A DNA stretch of 64,000 nucleotides. Source: Mobula hypostoma. Its lineage: Eukaryota. The notes under the pieces were generated by a model. It worked only from the letters and a program-made list of their open reading frames with translations, was not told where the DNA came from and did no database searches. Position 1 is the first letter of the stretch, and each line of letters starts with the position of its first letter. Positions 13,423 to 26,287 of this stretch are shown here, piece after piece. The DNA lies in NCBI RefSeq assembly GCF_963921235.1, contig NC_086097.1, positions 168,890,001 to 168,954,000 on the forward strand. Reading direction: 5' to 3'. Made by a program: the position numbers and the translations under genes.

Positions 13423-13889
13423 ATCGTTTCCACGGATGCTGCCCGACCTGCCGAGTTCCTCCAGCGTGTTGTGAGTGTTACCTTAAAAATAAGATGTACA
13501 AGATCTACAAGTCGAAGATTACCAAGATTTCCATATTCACACTGATAAGATGGTAGTGCAAGAATTACTGCAATATTATACAGTAATGGGTGCACATTCA
13601 TACCATCCAGAAAAGAAGTAATGGTAGTATTGCCCAGGGTATCCATGATAGCAGGGTGTGGTAAACAAAAGTTAATAACAGCCTAACAGGATGTAATGCA
13701 GCAAAGCTCTGGATAACAGTAAATTATAGAGTTTTAAGAACAAGTTTTGGAGCTTTAAAAATGAGATGAAATGTAGCACGATTTATAGTATTGGAATAAA
13801 AAGTTACTTAAAGAGAAAGGTTAAATTACAAAAGATGAAAATTGAAAGCTAAAAGAAGATTAAAAACATGTAGTTATTCATTTTATTTT

Positions 13890-14560
13890 AAAAATCGGAG
13901 ATCCATATATTCCTTGAGACTGCTCTGCCACTCAGTAACACAGTGGGAATAAATAAGTCAGTGGGAATCTGATTAGCTGAGTGCCGGTAGCGTTAATGTT
14001 GGGCTCCCAACTGCTGATATTCTATGTCAATGATTTGGATAATGTGGTAAGTCATTGTATGCAAGTTTCTTGATGATATAAAGCTAGATGGCAGTGTAGA
14101 CTGTGATGAAAATTCAGAGAGGCTTAGGGGACATACAGATTGCGAATGGGAAATGACATAGGTGGAATATAAAATGTTACCTCATCCACTTCGGTAGATT
14201 TTTTTTAAATGAGTATTCTGAGTGTTTGAAAGTTGACCATGTTGAGAGAGGTCCAAATGTCCAAGTAAATGAATCACCGGCAGATTAAGTGCAAGTCCAG
14301 CAAGGAATTAGGAAGACAACAAATTATTGTCTGTTATTGCAAGAGGATTTGAGAATAAGAGTGGAATAGTTGCTGTAACTATACCAGGACCCAGTGAGAG
14401 TGTATCTCCCTATCCAAGGAACAATGTACATCACAGAGGAAGTGTAGCATAGGTTCACTAAACTGATTTCTGGGAAGGATGGGAGCAGCTCTTTTATTGA
14501 AGGAGAAATTCAGTAGACTAGGGCTGATCCTCTCCAGAGTTTAGGATAAGAGGCCATTAA
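13890..14560 (+). mobile_element. Old degraded CR1 fragments
   Basis: Remnants of ...tatgtcaatgatttggat..., aagtttcttgatgatataaag (KFADD-like) and gcaagaggatttgag. Confidence 0.55.
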
Positions 14561-14833
14561 TTATCTGTTTGTGTGATCATATGAGACAGCATGACTATTC
14601 TCTCACAAACACAATTAGAAATGTTGAGTTGTCAACCCAGAACGTGAGCTCATCTCTCCACAGATGCTGCTTGACTGTGAGTTCTGTTTTCCAGCTTTTC
14701 TGTTTTTGTTTCAGATTCCAACATCTGCAGCTTTATTTGTTTATCATTATTCTATCATGTTCCTTTGGTTCACACATTTTTTTGAACATATTTATTCCAT
14801 ATTCCCATTACAGAACATTTAGCTAGACCTTAC

Positions 14834-14890
14834 CTCAGAAGTACTGTGACAAGATACTGTGCTGCCGTTTGATGAGCATAGGCACCCTTC
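14834..14890 (-). CDS. LDLRAD4: LDLRAD4 short internal exon (57 bp, phase 0-0): EGCLCSSNGSTVSCHSTSE
   Basis: Read by hand on the minus strand: ttttaattAG|GAA GGG TGC CTA...TCT GAG|GTAAGG. Corresponds to the EGCLWPS...SE exon of LDLRAD4/PMEPA1 and joins both flanking exons in frame. Confidence 0.9.
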
Positions 14891-15709
14891 CTAATTAAAA
14901 GGATAAGTAGTTTACAATTGAGTAACATTTCACAAAATCAGCATATACAAAATGAAAATACTAGTCTTGTCCTTTTACAATTAGTTTTACTGGTGACAGA
15001 GTGAATGCCAGCAGTCTGCGGTCCAAATAGCAGTATTGTACTTGGATTAGGATCATTACATTCAAACTCAAACATTAAACAAATTGGCTCTTAGAAACAA
15101 TTAATTCATAAACAGATTGACACAACAAAGTAATTATATTCCATAGACCATTCTCTATTGATAGATGCTTTTTACAGCACACCAGTATTTCTTGTAATGC
15201 TAATTAGAACAAAATTAACTTAAAGCTTGAAATTATTTTCCTGTTATAATTACACAATAACTCTATTTACATGTAAATGTAAAAGAGCAAATGACTGTCA
15301 ATTACAAGAAATTTCAAATCAGTTTAACTTTATGTTTTAACATCTGAATTTAAAGGTTCATTAAATTTTAATCCATCATAAGTAATATCATTCGATGTAC
15401 ACAGTTGGCAAAAATTTACTAGCCAATTTTTTAAGCACTTCATAAGAAAACTTAAATGCCTTTAGTACACATATCATATGAATCACCCAGAAGTAAAAAT
15501 AAATCCATAGTATTTCAGTCACTTTCAATCAAAATTTCCATGTTATCTTTTTAGATTTAAGGACAGAGACGTAATAAAAGGACCTGGCCATCCTGATGGA
15601 AATACAAGCCCTACCACAGAAACAAAGGGTTAAACCATTGCTTACTATGGTCAATTTTGTCTAAGTCTTAAAGTGTTTCTCCATTCACAAACATTCAAAA
15701 TAATCATAA

Positions 15710-16000
15710 AGACAAAAAGAGATAAAGCATGTAAACAGGCTCTTTGGCTTATTAAGTCTGCATTGACCACTTGCACTTAAAATAAATTAATCCTTTCCAT
15801 ATTCCCCATATTCTCATCAATTTGCCCCAGAATCTACCACTCACTGAGGCAATTTACAGTGGCCAATTAACCTACCAATCAGCACATCGTCAGGATGTTG
15901 GAGGAAACTGGAGCACACAGAGGAAACTCACATGGTCACACATGGTCACACAGATCGAACCCGAGGTCAGGATTGAACCTGGGGCTCTACCAACTGCATC
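15710..16000 (-). mobile_element. V-SINE-like (HE1/HER1-type) SINE remnant
   Basis: Reverse complement of the V-domain-like segment (ggaggaaactggagcacacagaggaaactcacatgg) plus a B-box-like ggattgaacc. Confidence 0.55.
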
Positions 16001-16929
16001 ACTCAAAAATTATTACTATATATCTTTCCCATTAAAAATGTCCATTAAATAATTTAAAAATGAAATAATAATATTAAGCACTCACAATAAAAATATTTGA
16101 ATACCATCAATTAACAGGTACATATTTAAATAAATTAATTGAGAAACTGTAGCTAACTGGAACATTTTCTTTTCAGGATTTCCTTTGTATTAAGATGAAT
16201 TCGGAATAGGAGTGGACCCCTCAGCACCACAAACTTGCTCCGCTATTTCATAACATTCTGGATGAATTTATTGTAATCACAGCCCTGCATTTCTGAATAC
16301 CCATGTAATCTTTCCTCCCCTTGTTTTTCTCTACAGTACTTATTAGGCCACTAAAACCCAGATTTGAGATAGGTGATGATTAATATTTGTATGATATGTC
16401 TGACAAGAATGCATAAGCACCTCCTCCTGAAACACAATGGCATTAACATTACCAAATCACCACAGGCAGAAGTCCAGAAATTTAACAGGATTAACCACCA
16501 AAACCAGAACAGGATGGAAGTAGGTTAATCCATAAATGATTTACCCCCTAACTATCAGCTACAGGGCACATTGAGAGTGCAATGGACATCTCAGGAGCTC
16601 AGCACCATCCAGGACAAAGCAACCCCTTTGAGAGGCATTTCATCCACCCCTCAAATATTATGCTTCTCCATCATTGCAACAACATAGCTGTATTACATAA
16701 TTAAAAAAAAACAAAATGCTGGATATACTCGTGACATCAGGCAGCATCTGTGGGGTGAGAAATAAAGTTAGCCCTTCATATCATTAACCTGATACATTAA
16801 TTCTGGATTTTCCCTTCACAGATGGTGCATGACCTGCTGATATTCTGATAATTTTCTGTTTTTATTTTGGATTTCCAGCATCTGCAGGTTTTTACTTTTT
16901 GATAGCTACGTATAAAATTCACTATTTCT

Positions 16930-17400
16930 CATGATGTGCTGCAGCAGTTATATGGCTTCTTTCATGTTCACTATGTCAGCATTCAAAAAAGACAAAGTAG
17001 TCTTTTTTGTTTCCCATTTACAATTACAAACGGTCCTGATTTGGAAATATATTCCCACTTGTTCAAAATTAATGGGTCAAGATTCTACAAATCTCAACCT
17101 AACAGCCTGTTTGATGGATCTTTATCAAATGCTTTCTGGGACTTCATATTAACTACAGACATAGACACTCCTGTACCTAAAGCTGTAGTTAAATTTCTCC
17201 AAGTGGTCAGTCACTTGGATCCTTAATCATAGATTCTAGAAGCTTCCCCAGAACAGATTATAGACTAACAAATCTGTAATTTGTTAACACAGAATCAGAA
17301 GCATGTACAAAATCAGCCTCCTGCAGTAATGTCTGGTCAAAACAATCAAGTTAAGACATGGAAACAAAATGGCATGAGCTAACAATGGCAATTATCCAAT
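16930..17400 (-). mobile_element. Ancient non-LTR RT remnant (CR1/L2-like)
   Basis: Minus strand translates to ...SVVNMKSQKAFDKDPSNRLL..., a decayed DVIYLDFQKAFDKVPHxRLL motif. Confidence 0.45.
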
Positions 17401-17819
17401 AACTCTCCTTCTAATGAGACTTATTAAGTTGTAAATATTTCCACTACTTTAAAAGTTAGAAGCACAGTTATTGTAAATGTTTGTCATCCATTACCATGAT
17501 ACCATAAAAAGAATTTGCAAGTAACTTAAATTGGCAGTGCAACTATACTACTCATAGTCCATTGATTGAAGATGATTATGGTTGTTAGGAGTCAATCTTC
17601 CCAGAAGTTTCTCAAGGTAGTTGTCTTGTACACAGCTATTCTCAGATGTATCATCAACAACGTTTCTTCCACCACAAGGCTACAATTGTAGATTTTGCAA
17701 ATGATTACAGAATTTATCAGTTCCATTCAAAGTACCTAAGAGAATGAAGCATATCTGTATGTTGCAAGACCTGCACACATGAAGGAATGGGCAAATAATG
17801 GCATCCATGCCATAGAAAT

Positions 17820-18980
17820 CCCAAGCAATGTCCATCTGCACCAGTGAAGTCCCAGACGACTGGAGAGTAGATAGTGTTGCTCCTTTATTCAAGAGACACA
17901 GCAATAATCCAGCAAAGTATAGGCTGGTGAGCCTCACATTTATGGTAGGGAAGCTATTGGAGAGGCTTCTTAGGAATAGGACTTATTCACATTTGGAAGA
18001 ACATGGGCTATGTCAGCGTAGGTTTGTGCAGGGCAGATCATGTCCTAAAAATTTGATTGAGTCTTGAGGTGGTGACTAAGGTGATTGATAGAGAGTAGAT
18101 GAGACAGTAGTGTTTATTTGGAAAGTGTTCTACAAAATCCATTATGGTAGATAATCAAGAAGATTAAGATGTATGGGATCCACAGTGAATTGGTAGTTTG
18201 GATTCAAAAGTGGCTTACCCATTGAAGACATGAGTCGTGGTGGAAGATCTGTGGCAAGTGGTGTTTTGAAAAGATCAGTGCTGAAGCCTCAGTTGGTTGT
18301 GATGCATCTACATGAATTGAACAAAAATGTAAGTGGATTGGTTAGTAAGTTTGCAAACAAGACAAGAATTGGTGAAGTTGTGGAGGGTGAAGAAGGTCAT
18401 CAAAGGATGTAGTGGGACATAATTAAAATGCATTATGTGTAAGGTAACAGGAGATGAGATATTGCATCTTGGTAAGTCAGATATAAGGGGGAAAATACAC
18501 AGTTATTGGCAGGACCCTGAAAAGCGTTTACAGTATATACAGAAGGATCTCGGGGTCCAAATCCTTACCTCCCTGAAAGTGGAAATGTAAGTGCATAGAG
18601 CACGTTTACCCTGATCACGAGGGGTTCAGTCAGGAAGTCATGTTGCAGCTGCGTAGAATGTTGGTTAAGCAGACGTGGACTACTGTGTGCAGTTCTGGTT
18701 GTCCCATTACAGGTAGGGGCTAGCGGCTTTGGAGAGGGTTCAGAAGCTTTAAGTTGAGAGCTGGAAAGTTTAAAAGGGATGTGTTTTTTTTCAAGCAGAG
18801 AAGTAGTAATTGAAGCAGATATGATAATGGTGATCAAGGGGTTTTAAAATGGACAAATGAATATACAAAGAATGGAGGAAATGGGCTTTATGCTGGCAGA
18901 AGGGATTAATTTAATTCGGCCTTATGCTCAACACAGACATTGTGGACTGACATCCTGTACTGTAAAGATTCTACGTTCTA
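17820..18980 (+). mobile_element. Degraded CR1 LINE
   Basis: VPDDWRVDSVAPLFK...YRLVSLT..VGKLLE and VSKFANKTRIG; CR1-type 3' tail. Confidence 0.8.
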
Positions 18981-19249
18981 AGAGAGAGAATCTTATTTAA
19001 TCTTGAAAAACAATATCATCACCATTGTTGAGTCCCCACTTCTTGTGGATCACCACTGACCAGAAAATCAGCTGAATCAACCACATAAGCACTGGGTATG
19101 TGAGTGCACAAAGCTGGGCATCTGGCAGTGAGAGACACAAATTCCAACACACCAAGGATTTGCTGTCAATCTACAGGTCAGGATATTGATGGTATGGAAA
19201 CACCAATGCCCTTGAATGGAAAATCATACAAAAATTAGTGGATACATCA

Positions 19250-20280
19250 GAACATAAGAAATAGAATCAAGAGCAGGTCATCTGGCCCTTCGAGCCTGCT
19301 CTGCCAATCAATAAGATCATGGCTGTTCTGGCCATGGACTCATCTCCATCTATCTGCCTTTTCTCCATAACCCTTAATTCCCCTAATATGCAAAAATCTA
19401 TCCAACCTTGTCTTAAATATATTTACTGAGATAGCCTCCACTGCTTCATTGGGCAGAGAATTCCACAGGTTCACCACTCTTTGGGAAAAGCAGTTCTTCC
19501 TCATCTCCATCCTAAATTGACTCCCCTGAGGCTATGTCTCCTAGTTCTAGTCTCACCTACCGGCAGAAAACACTTTCCTACCTGTATCTTATCTATCCTT
19601 TACATAATTTTATATGTTTCTATAAGATCTCCTCTCATTCTTCTAAATTCCAGCGAGTACCGTCCCAGGCGACTCTATCTCCCCTCAGTCTAACCCCCTC
19701 ATCTCTGGAATCAACCTGGTGAACCTCCTCTGCACTGCCTCCAAAGTCAGTATATCCTTCTTCAAGAAAGGAGACCAAAACTGCACACAGTATTCCAGGT
19801 GTGGCCTCACCAGTACCCTGTACAGTTGCAGCAATCCCTCTAGCAAAAGTCAGTTAAATTCAATCCTTCTAGCAATGAAGGCCAACATTCAATTTGCCTT
19901 CTTGATAGCCTGCTACACCTTCAAACCAACCTTTTGCGATTCATACACAAGCACTCCCAAGTCCCTTTGCACAGCAGCATGCTGCAATCTTTTTTTACCA
20001 TTCAAATTGTAATCTGCTGTTTCATTTTTTCTTCCAAAGTGGATGACCTTGCATTACCAACATTGTACTCCATCTGCCAGACCCTTGCCCACTCACTTAA
20101 CCTATCTATATCTCTCTGCAGACTTTCCGTATCTTCTGCACAATTTACTTTTCCACTCCACTCAGTTTAGTATCATCAGCAAACTTAGATACACTACACT
20201 TGATAATTAATGTATATTGTGAACAGTTGCGTGCCCAGTCCCAGTCCCTGCGACACACCATTCACCATTGATTGCCAATC
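19250..20280 (-). mobile_element. CR1 LINE 3' portion
   Basis: Begins with the agaacataagaa tail; antisense to [15 protein letters not shown] and KFADD. Confidence 0.85.
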
Positions 20281-21745
20281 TTTGAACCAACTAGAGTAAC
20301 ACCCATGTTACATAAATTTACTTTGAACTTTGATAAAGTATTCCCAATCGCTTGACTGAGTGCAGATCATACAAGAAGCCCAATACCAATCATGAGAAAG
20401 TCTAATTGATTGGTACCCCATCCTCTAGCATCAAACTACGGTGACACTGGGTACTGTTTACAAAATGTACTGCCAAGGCTACTCTGTCAATACCTCCCAA
20501 CCTGTGACCATTACAATCATTGCTGGGTCCAAATCTTGGAGCTTTACTTTGGGAGTATCTTTAATAGTTAGACTTTTCAATGGCAGTTAGGGATAAACAG
20601 TATACTGATTTTGCCAATAGAAAAAAAAAGTCTAAAAATTGACCTGCATTCCTGAGAATATTTGAGGTTATTGGGATTTATTCACACCCACTATTCTACA
20701 TATCGTACTGCTAGACAATTTACTGATTATCATAAAGGTCCTCATACATTTGATATTTATACTGAATGGCCTACTCCTTTGTAACATTGCTATCATCACT
20801 TGCTGGAGTCAAGAAACTGGCCTAATATGCTCAGATGGTAACGTCATAAATTATAAATTTATTGTTCTTTCTAAATTCAAAGTTCCAAAAACATTTCAGT
20901 GAAACTAAAGTACGTTAGTAAAGACAAGACTGATAAATTAACAGTTACCAGATTAAATAACAAAATCATTAATGCAATGATATCCACTGTGGATACACAA
21001 ATAGATTGTGCTCATCCAAGGAAAAATATAACATCCTTAACTGACATAATTATGAACCCAAAGGAATTACTCCCACACAGTTGCTTTCTCTAAGAAAAAG
21101 CGCTGTAAAGTCTGAGTATGCATACCACCGTGCATTCTTTTATTTAATTAATTGGATTTTATCTGTGGACACTGCTTTTTGAGCATTTTACAGTTGCTTT
21201 AACAATAAAATGCTCATTAGGAGGATGTGAAGTTGAAGAAAAAGTATTTACATCAACAATAAACCAAATGCGGTTCCGTTTTTTAAATTTCTTATAAAAA
21301 GTTTTCATATCTGTTTTATAGTAAAAAAAATTTGGTAACTATAATACAAAATATAAATATTTTGTATTTTACTGATTCTTTTAATATAGAAGTTAAAAAT
21401 AAAACACTCAAAATGTGTACCAAATATATAATTATTTTGAATATTATTAGAACTGTGGAGTGAAAAGTTATGAGACTTGATCAAGCCACTTATAGAGCTA
21501 ATGAAGCTCAGCTTCTCTGGGACTGTAGATGACAGCCATCAAGAATATAACGTTATTCATCTATCACGGCACTTTTAACTCCACAACATTAACCTTTTCA
21601 ATCTTTTTCTAAAGTAATTTTTCCATTTCTCTAAGGTGGAGAAATTAATCATAGAATTAAACAGATGTATTATAATATCTATTTTTAAACATGTACACAG
21701 GTGAAAATTTACTGTAATTTACTTTGCTAAGTTTCAACTAAACTT

Positions 21746-21946
21746 TTCTCAGGCTTCCAGCCAGGTACAGGTATCGATTTTAACTGACGTTTCAATGACA
21801 AACTCTGCCATCTTCATCAGGGATGATGAAGACAGCAGAACTTGTCATCGAAACATTGGTTAAAATCGAAGCCTGTACCCACCCGGCTGGAAGCTCAAGA
21901 AGACTTTATTTATCATATACGCTGGTAAAGTACTAGATCCTTTCTC
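21746..21946. mobile_element. Palindromic element of a second Penelope-like family carrying a hammerhead motif
   Basis: Arms about 21746-21819 and 21824-21901 are reverse complements. Minus strand: cc-CTGATGA-agatggcaga gtt tgtcatt-GAAA-C-GTC-ag. Confidence 0.7.
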
Positions 21947-23670
21947 GTTGCCGTTTATTTTTAATATTCATATTCTTTATTATGCATTCACAATGCAAAA
22001 CATGTAAAATTGCTTTAAAATGTAAATAATTTATGGGAAAAATTTATGTTAGCTAATTAGAACAATATACCAAAGATGATTCGTAAACACAACCCGACTT
22101 TATAATTTTTAGCAGAGACGTTTATATAGAATCCAGAATAAAGAAAAATGTAGCATCCAACTTGAATGGTCTACACCCAGATTTGCACACTATGTGAGCT
22201 TCATCCCATTTTACTTGCTTCTTCTCATTTATCCCATAGACCTTTCATACACCTTTTCAACCAGATGCACATCATCAAATCTCTGTACCAATTGTGTGAA
22301 CTCTATTCCTGGACTCTGCTGGATTAAGGCACAGCACGTAGTTCGTGGATCCTGGTAAAGGTTTGCAAGAATTGAGCAGTTGATGGTTATGGAGAACTGG
22401 AACAGAGAATGATCAGCCATGATCATAATGAATGGTGGTGCAGGCTCGAACGGCCGAATGGCCTACTCCTGCATCTATTTTCTATGGTTTTTTTTAAGAG
22501 GGGTTGAAACCAGCATAGATCAGCCATGATCACATTGAATGGTGGGCAGGTTTAAGGGGCCGAGTGGCCGAGTCCTATTTTCTTGTGTTCTTATGGGAGG
22601 TTAGGAACAGATTTATAGACACAAGAGATTCTGCAGGTGCTGAAAATCTTAAGCAACACACACAAAATGCTAATGGAACTCAGCGAGCCAGGCAGCATCT
22701 ACGAGGGGAGTGGGTGGCGGTGGAATAAACAGTCAACCTTTGGGCAGAGACCTTTCATCCAGAAACTACATTTGCTTAGAGTAGACTACACAGAGAAAAT
22801 CAATCTTTGATTCATCTGATCTAAATGGGTGCTTAAGCCTCCTCCTTCCTTAATCATATGTATCCTTGTATTATTTTCTACATTACGTACTTGTATAATT
22901 TACTTGTTAATGCCTTTGCACAGTGAAACAAAATACAGGACGAGGTTACGTACCCCTTGGCAGCATTATGAACAGCAGCTGTGCAGCAGTGACAGCCAAG
23001 TGTGTGAAATGTCTCAACCAATACACTTCATAGTCACCAAACACGGAAACAATATGTTTAAAATCTGGCTTCTCCCATGTTGAATAATCACAGCTAGGAC
23101 AGCATCAAACATATTCACATCAGGTGAATGGTACATCATTCAGATGAAATATTCTCCCTCACCTGCCAAAATGTCTTGGCTCTCATTATGGAGAACTCCA
23201 GGCATTATTATGATCATATTTCTGCTCCAGGTTCAAAATAGGATGGTGCAATTAGATTGATCCATTTGTTGTTTGTTATTGCTTGTCTACATAGCCAGTG
23301 ATAGAAACTATTTAGGATAGGGAATGCTGGGAAGAACATGTCAATTAACTGAATAGCATTAAACTGGTAGAATACATTGTTGGATCAACAGTATCAAAGT
23401 GGCCTGGGCAAAGAAAACTTGAAAGGAGTTGCAGCAAAATCTAAATGGAGTGATATAATATCAAGTTGAATGCTGTGAGAAGTGATATAGTTAAAAAGGC
23501 AGTTCTGACATAGTAACATATGTGGGATGACTGTTGAGCTAGACCTAACAAAATAATAGAAGCATAGAGTGAGAGACAGAGAAAAAGAGAAACTTGGACT
23601 GAGAAAAACAAAAAAAAAGATAGATGGCAGAAGCAACACTGAACTATTCTGCCATATCTTATCCTAGTTG

Positions 23671-25981
23671 ACGCTTATCAGAGACGCTGTCTACACTACC
23701 GCCCTCGAACATCTCGGACCAGCAACCTGAAGAAACCAAGACTGGTTCAATGAGAATGATGAAGAAATACAGGCACTACTAATGGAGAAACATCAACATT
23801 ACAGAGCGCATCAGAACGACCCCACGTCACTAGCCAAGAAAGACGCCTTTACCAACGCAAGAAGAAAGGTGCAGAAAAAACTTTGCGAGATGCAGGACAG
23901 CTGGTTCAGCAAGAAGGCCGATGAAATCCAGGGCTATGCAGACAGCCACGACATAAAGCGCTTCTACGATGCGCTTAAGGCTGTATACGGACCCCAGTCC
24001 TCCGGCTCCTCACCCCTCCTCAACGCAGATGAGATGCAGCTGCTGACAGAGAAGAAGTAGATTCTGGATTGGTGGGCTGAGCACTTTAACAATGTCCTTA
24101 ACCGCCCTGCCGACATCAACGATGAGGCCATTGCCCGCCTGCCCCAGGTAGAGATCAACAAGAACCTCGACACCCTCCCCACAGTAGATGAAGTCAGGAA
24201 GGCAGTGAAGCAACTCTCCTGTGGCAAAGCGCCTGGATCCGATGCAATCCCTGCTGAGGTATACAAAGCAGGAGGCCCTGTCATGATGCAAAAGCTGACT
24301 GTACCCTTCCAGTCCATGTGGAAAAAGGTACAGGTCCCACAACAGCTGAAAGATGCCAGCATAGTCCACATCTACAAGAGGAAAGGCAACCGCCAGTCTT
24401 GCGACAACCACCGAGGCATCTCCCTCTTGTCCATTGCGGGGAAGATTCTGGCCCGTGTCCTGCTCAACCGCCTTCTCCAACATCTTGAGCAAGGTCTGCT
24501 CCCAGAAAGCCAGTGCGGCTTCCATGCTGAACGTGGGACTGCGGACATAATTTTTGCTGCGCGCCAACTCCAGGAAAATTGCCAGGAGCAACACAGCGAC
24601 CTCTTCGTGACCTTTGTCGATCTAACCAAGGCTTTAGATACGGTCAGCAGAGAAGGCTTGTGGAAGATCATGGAGAAGTTTAGCTGCCCCAGCAAGTTCA
24701 TCACAATCGTCCGGCAGTTCCACGACGGTATGATGGTGAAAGTTCTGGATGATGGCGACGAGTCGGAGACCTTCCCAGTGACAAATGGCGTCAAACAAGG
24801 CTGCATTCTTGCCCCGACTCTGTTCAGTATGGTATTCTCTGCCATGCTGACAGATGCCTTTCATAACTACAAAGAAGGAATCCACGTCAGGTACAGGACT
24901 GACGGCAGGTTGTTCAACCTTAGGCGCCTGCAGGCAGTTACAAAGGTGCGAGAGACTGTCATCAGAGACTTGTTGTTTGCTGATGACTGCACACTCAACG
25001 CCAGCACAGAGCAGGAGATGCAGCGTGAAATAGACTGCTTCTCACAAGCCTGCGACAACTTCGGTCTCACTATCAGCACCAAAAAGACCGAAGTTATGTA
25101 CCAGCCTGCCCCAGGAAAGCCATACCAGGAGCCGCGCATCACGGTGAAGGGCCAGAACCTCCAGGCAGCCGACAACTTCACCTACCTGGGCAGCAGACTC
25201 TCTCGCGCAGTGAACATAGACGCTGAGGTCAACAACAGGATTGCCAAAGCCAGCGCCGCCTTTGGGAGACTCCGTGAGAACGTCTGGGAGCGGAGAGGAC
25301 TCAGCCTTACCACCAAGCTGAAGGTCTACTGTGCAGTGGTCCTTACCACCCTCCTTTACGCCAGCGAGACCTGGACTGTCTACAGCAGACACGCCAAACA
25401 GCTCAACCATTTTCACCTGAGCTGTCTCCGCAGACTCCTCCACATCAGGTGGCAGGACAAGGTCCCCGACACGGAAATCCTGGAACGAGCTGGGCTCTGC
25501 AGCGGCTACACCCTCCTGCTGAAAGCCCAAGCCAGGAGGGCTGGACATGTGGTCAGAATGCCAGACAGCCGATTGCCTAAGCAGCTGCTGTACGGAGAAC
25601 TGTGTCAGGGCAAGCGCTCAGTCGGGGGGCAGAAGAAACGTTACAAAGACTGCCTGAAAGCATCCCTCAAAGGACTGGGTGTCGACATCAACACATGGGA
25701 GACGCCTGCCCTCGACCGTCCAGCTTGGCGCAGCAAGATCACCACAGGAGCCCGTGCAGCTGGAGTCAGGCGCAGCATCGAGGCGTAACGAAAGCGTGCT
25801 GTGCGCAAGGCCCGAGCAGCATCCACTGCCACGACAGCACCCACCCACCCACTTGTGTCCCACATGTGGGCGAGCCTTCAGGGCCCGGATTGGCCTCATC
25901 AGTCACCTCCGGACCCACAGCCACCAATCTCCCATTTGACTTTGAAGCCATGGTCATCTTCGACTACGAAGGACGAACAAC
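23671..25981 (+). mobile_element. RTE-clade (BovB-like) LINE, 5'-truncated, young, near-intact RT
   Basis: 527-aa ORF 24205-25788 with KAPGSDAIPAE, RGISLLS, LPESQCGF, GVKQGCILAP, LLFADD; C-terminal C2H2 finger CPTCGRAFRARIGLISHLRTH in a shifted frame; TSD atcctagt at 23661-23668 and 25982-25989. Confidence 0.93.
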
Positions 25982-26287
25982 ATCCTAGTCGGAAGAGATA
26001 CCTAAAAACTTAAAGTAATTAAGGCAGCATTGGATGATAGGAGCCTTCTGAAAATGAATGAACATGAAATTAGAAGAGGATTTGAAGAATCTCTGAATTG
26101 CGGATAACTTTGTGAAATAACTATAGTTTTTAAAAATCTGTAGTATGCCCCGTATATTCTTCTTAATCTCTTTGTGGTTAGCAATATCAATAGCAGAAAA
26201 GTAAAATGTTAACCAAAACTACTTTAAAAACTGCTTCTTGGTGTAGCAATAAAATACATTATACTTTATACTCTTTTAATATCATTC

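Larger units (their letters stand above)
13234..13476. mobile_element. Young palindromic Penelope-derived mini-element with two inverted hammerhead motifs
   Basis: Arms about 13268-13367 and 13379-13479 are near-perfect reverse complements; 16-bp direct repeat gttaccttaaaaataa at 13218-13233 and 13477-13492. Confidence 0.88.

Noticed and set aside
24205..25788. 527-aa RT ORF as a domesticated host gene or a retron-like system
   Set aside because: It is 5'-truncated, flanked by in-frame stops, a frameshift and a TSD, so it is an ordinary RTE LINE copy.
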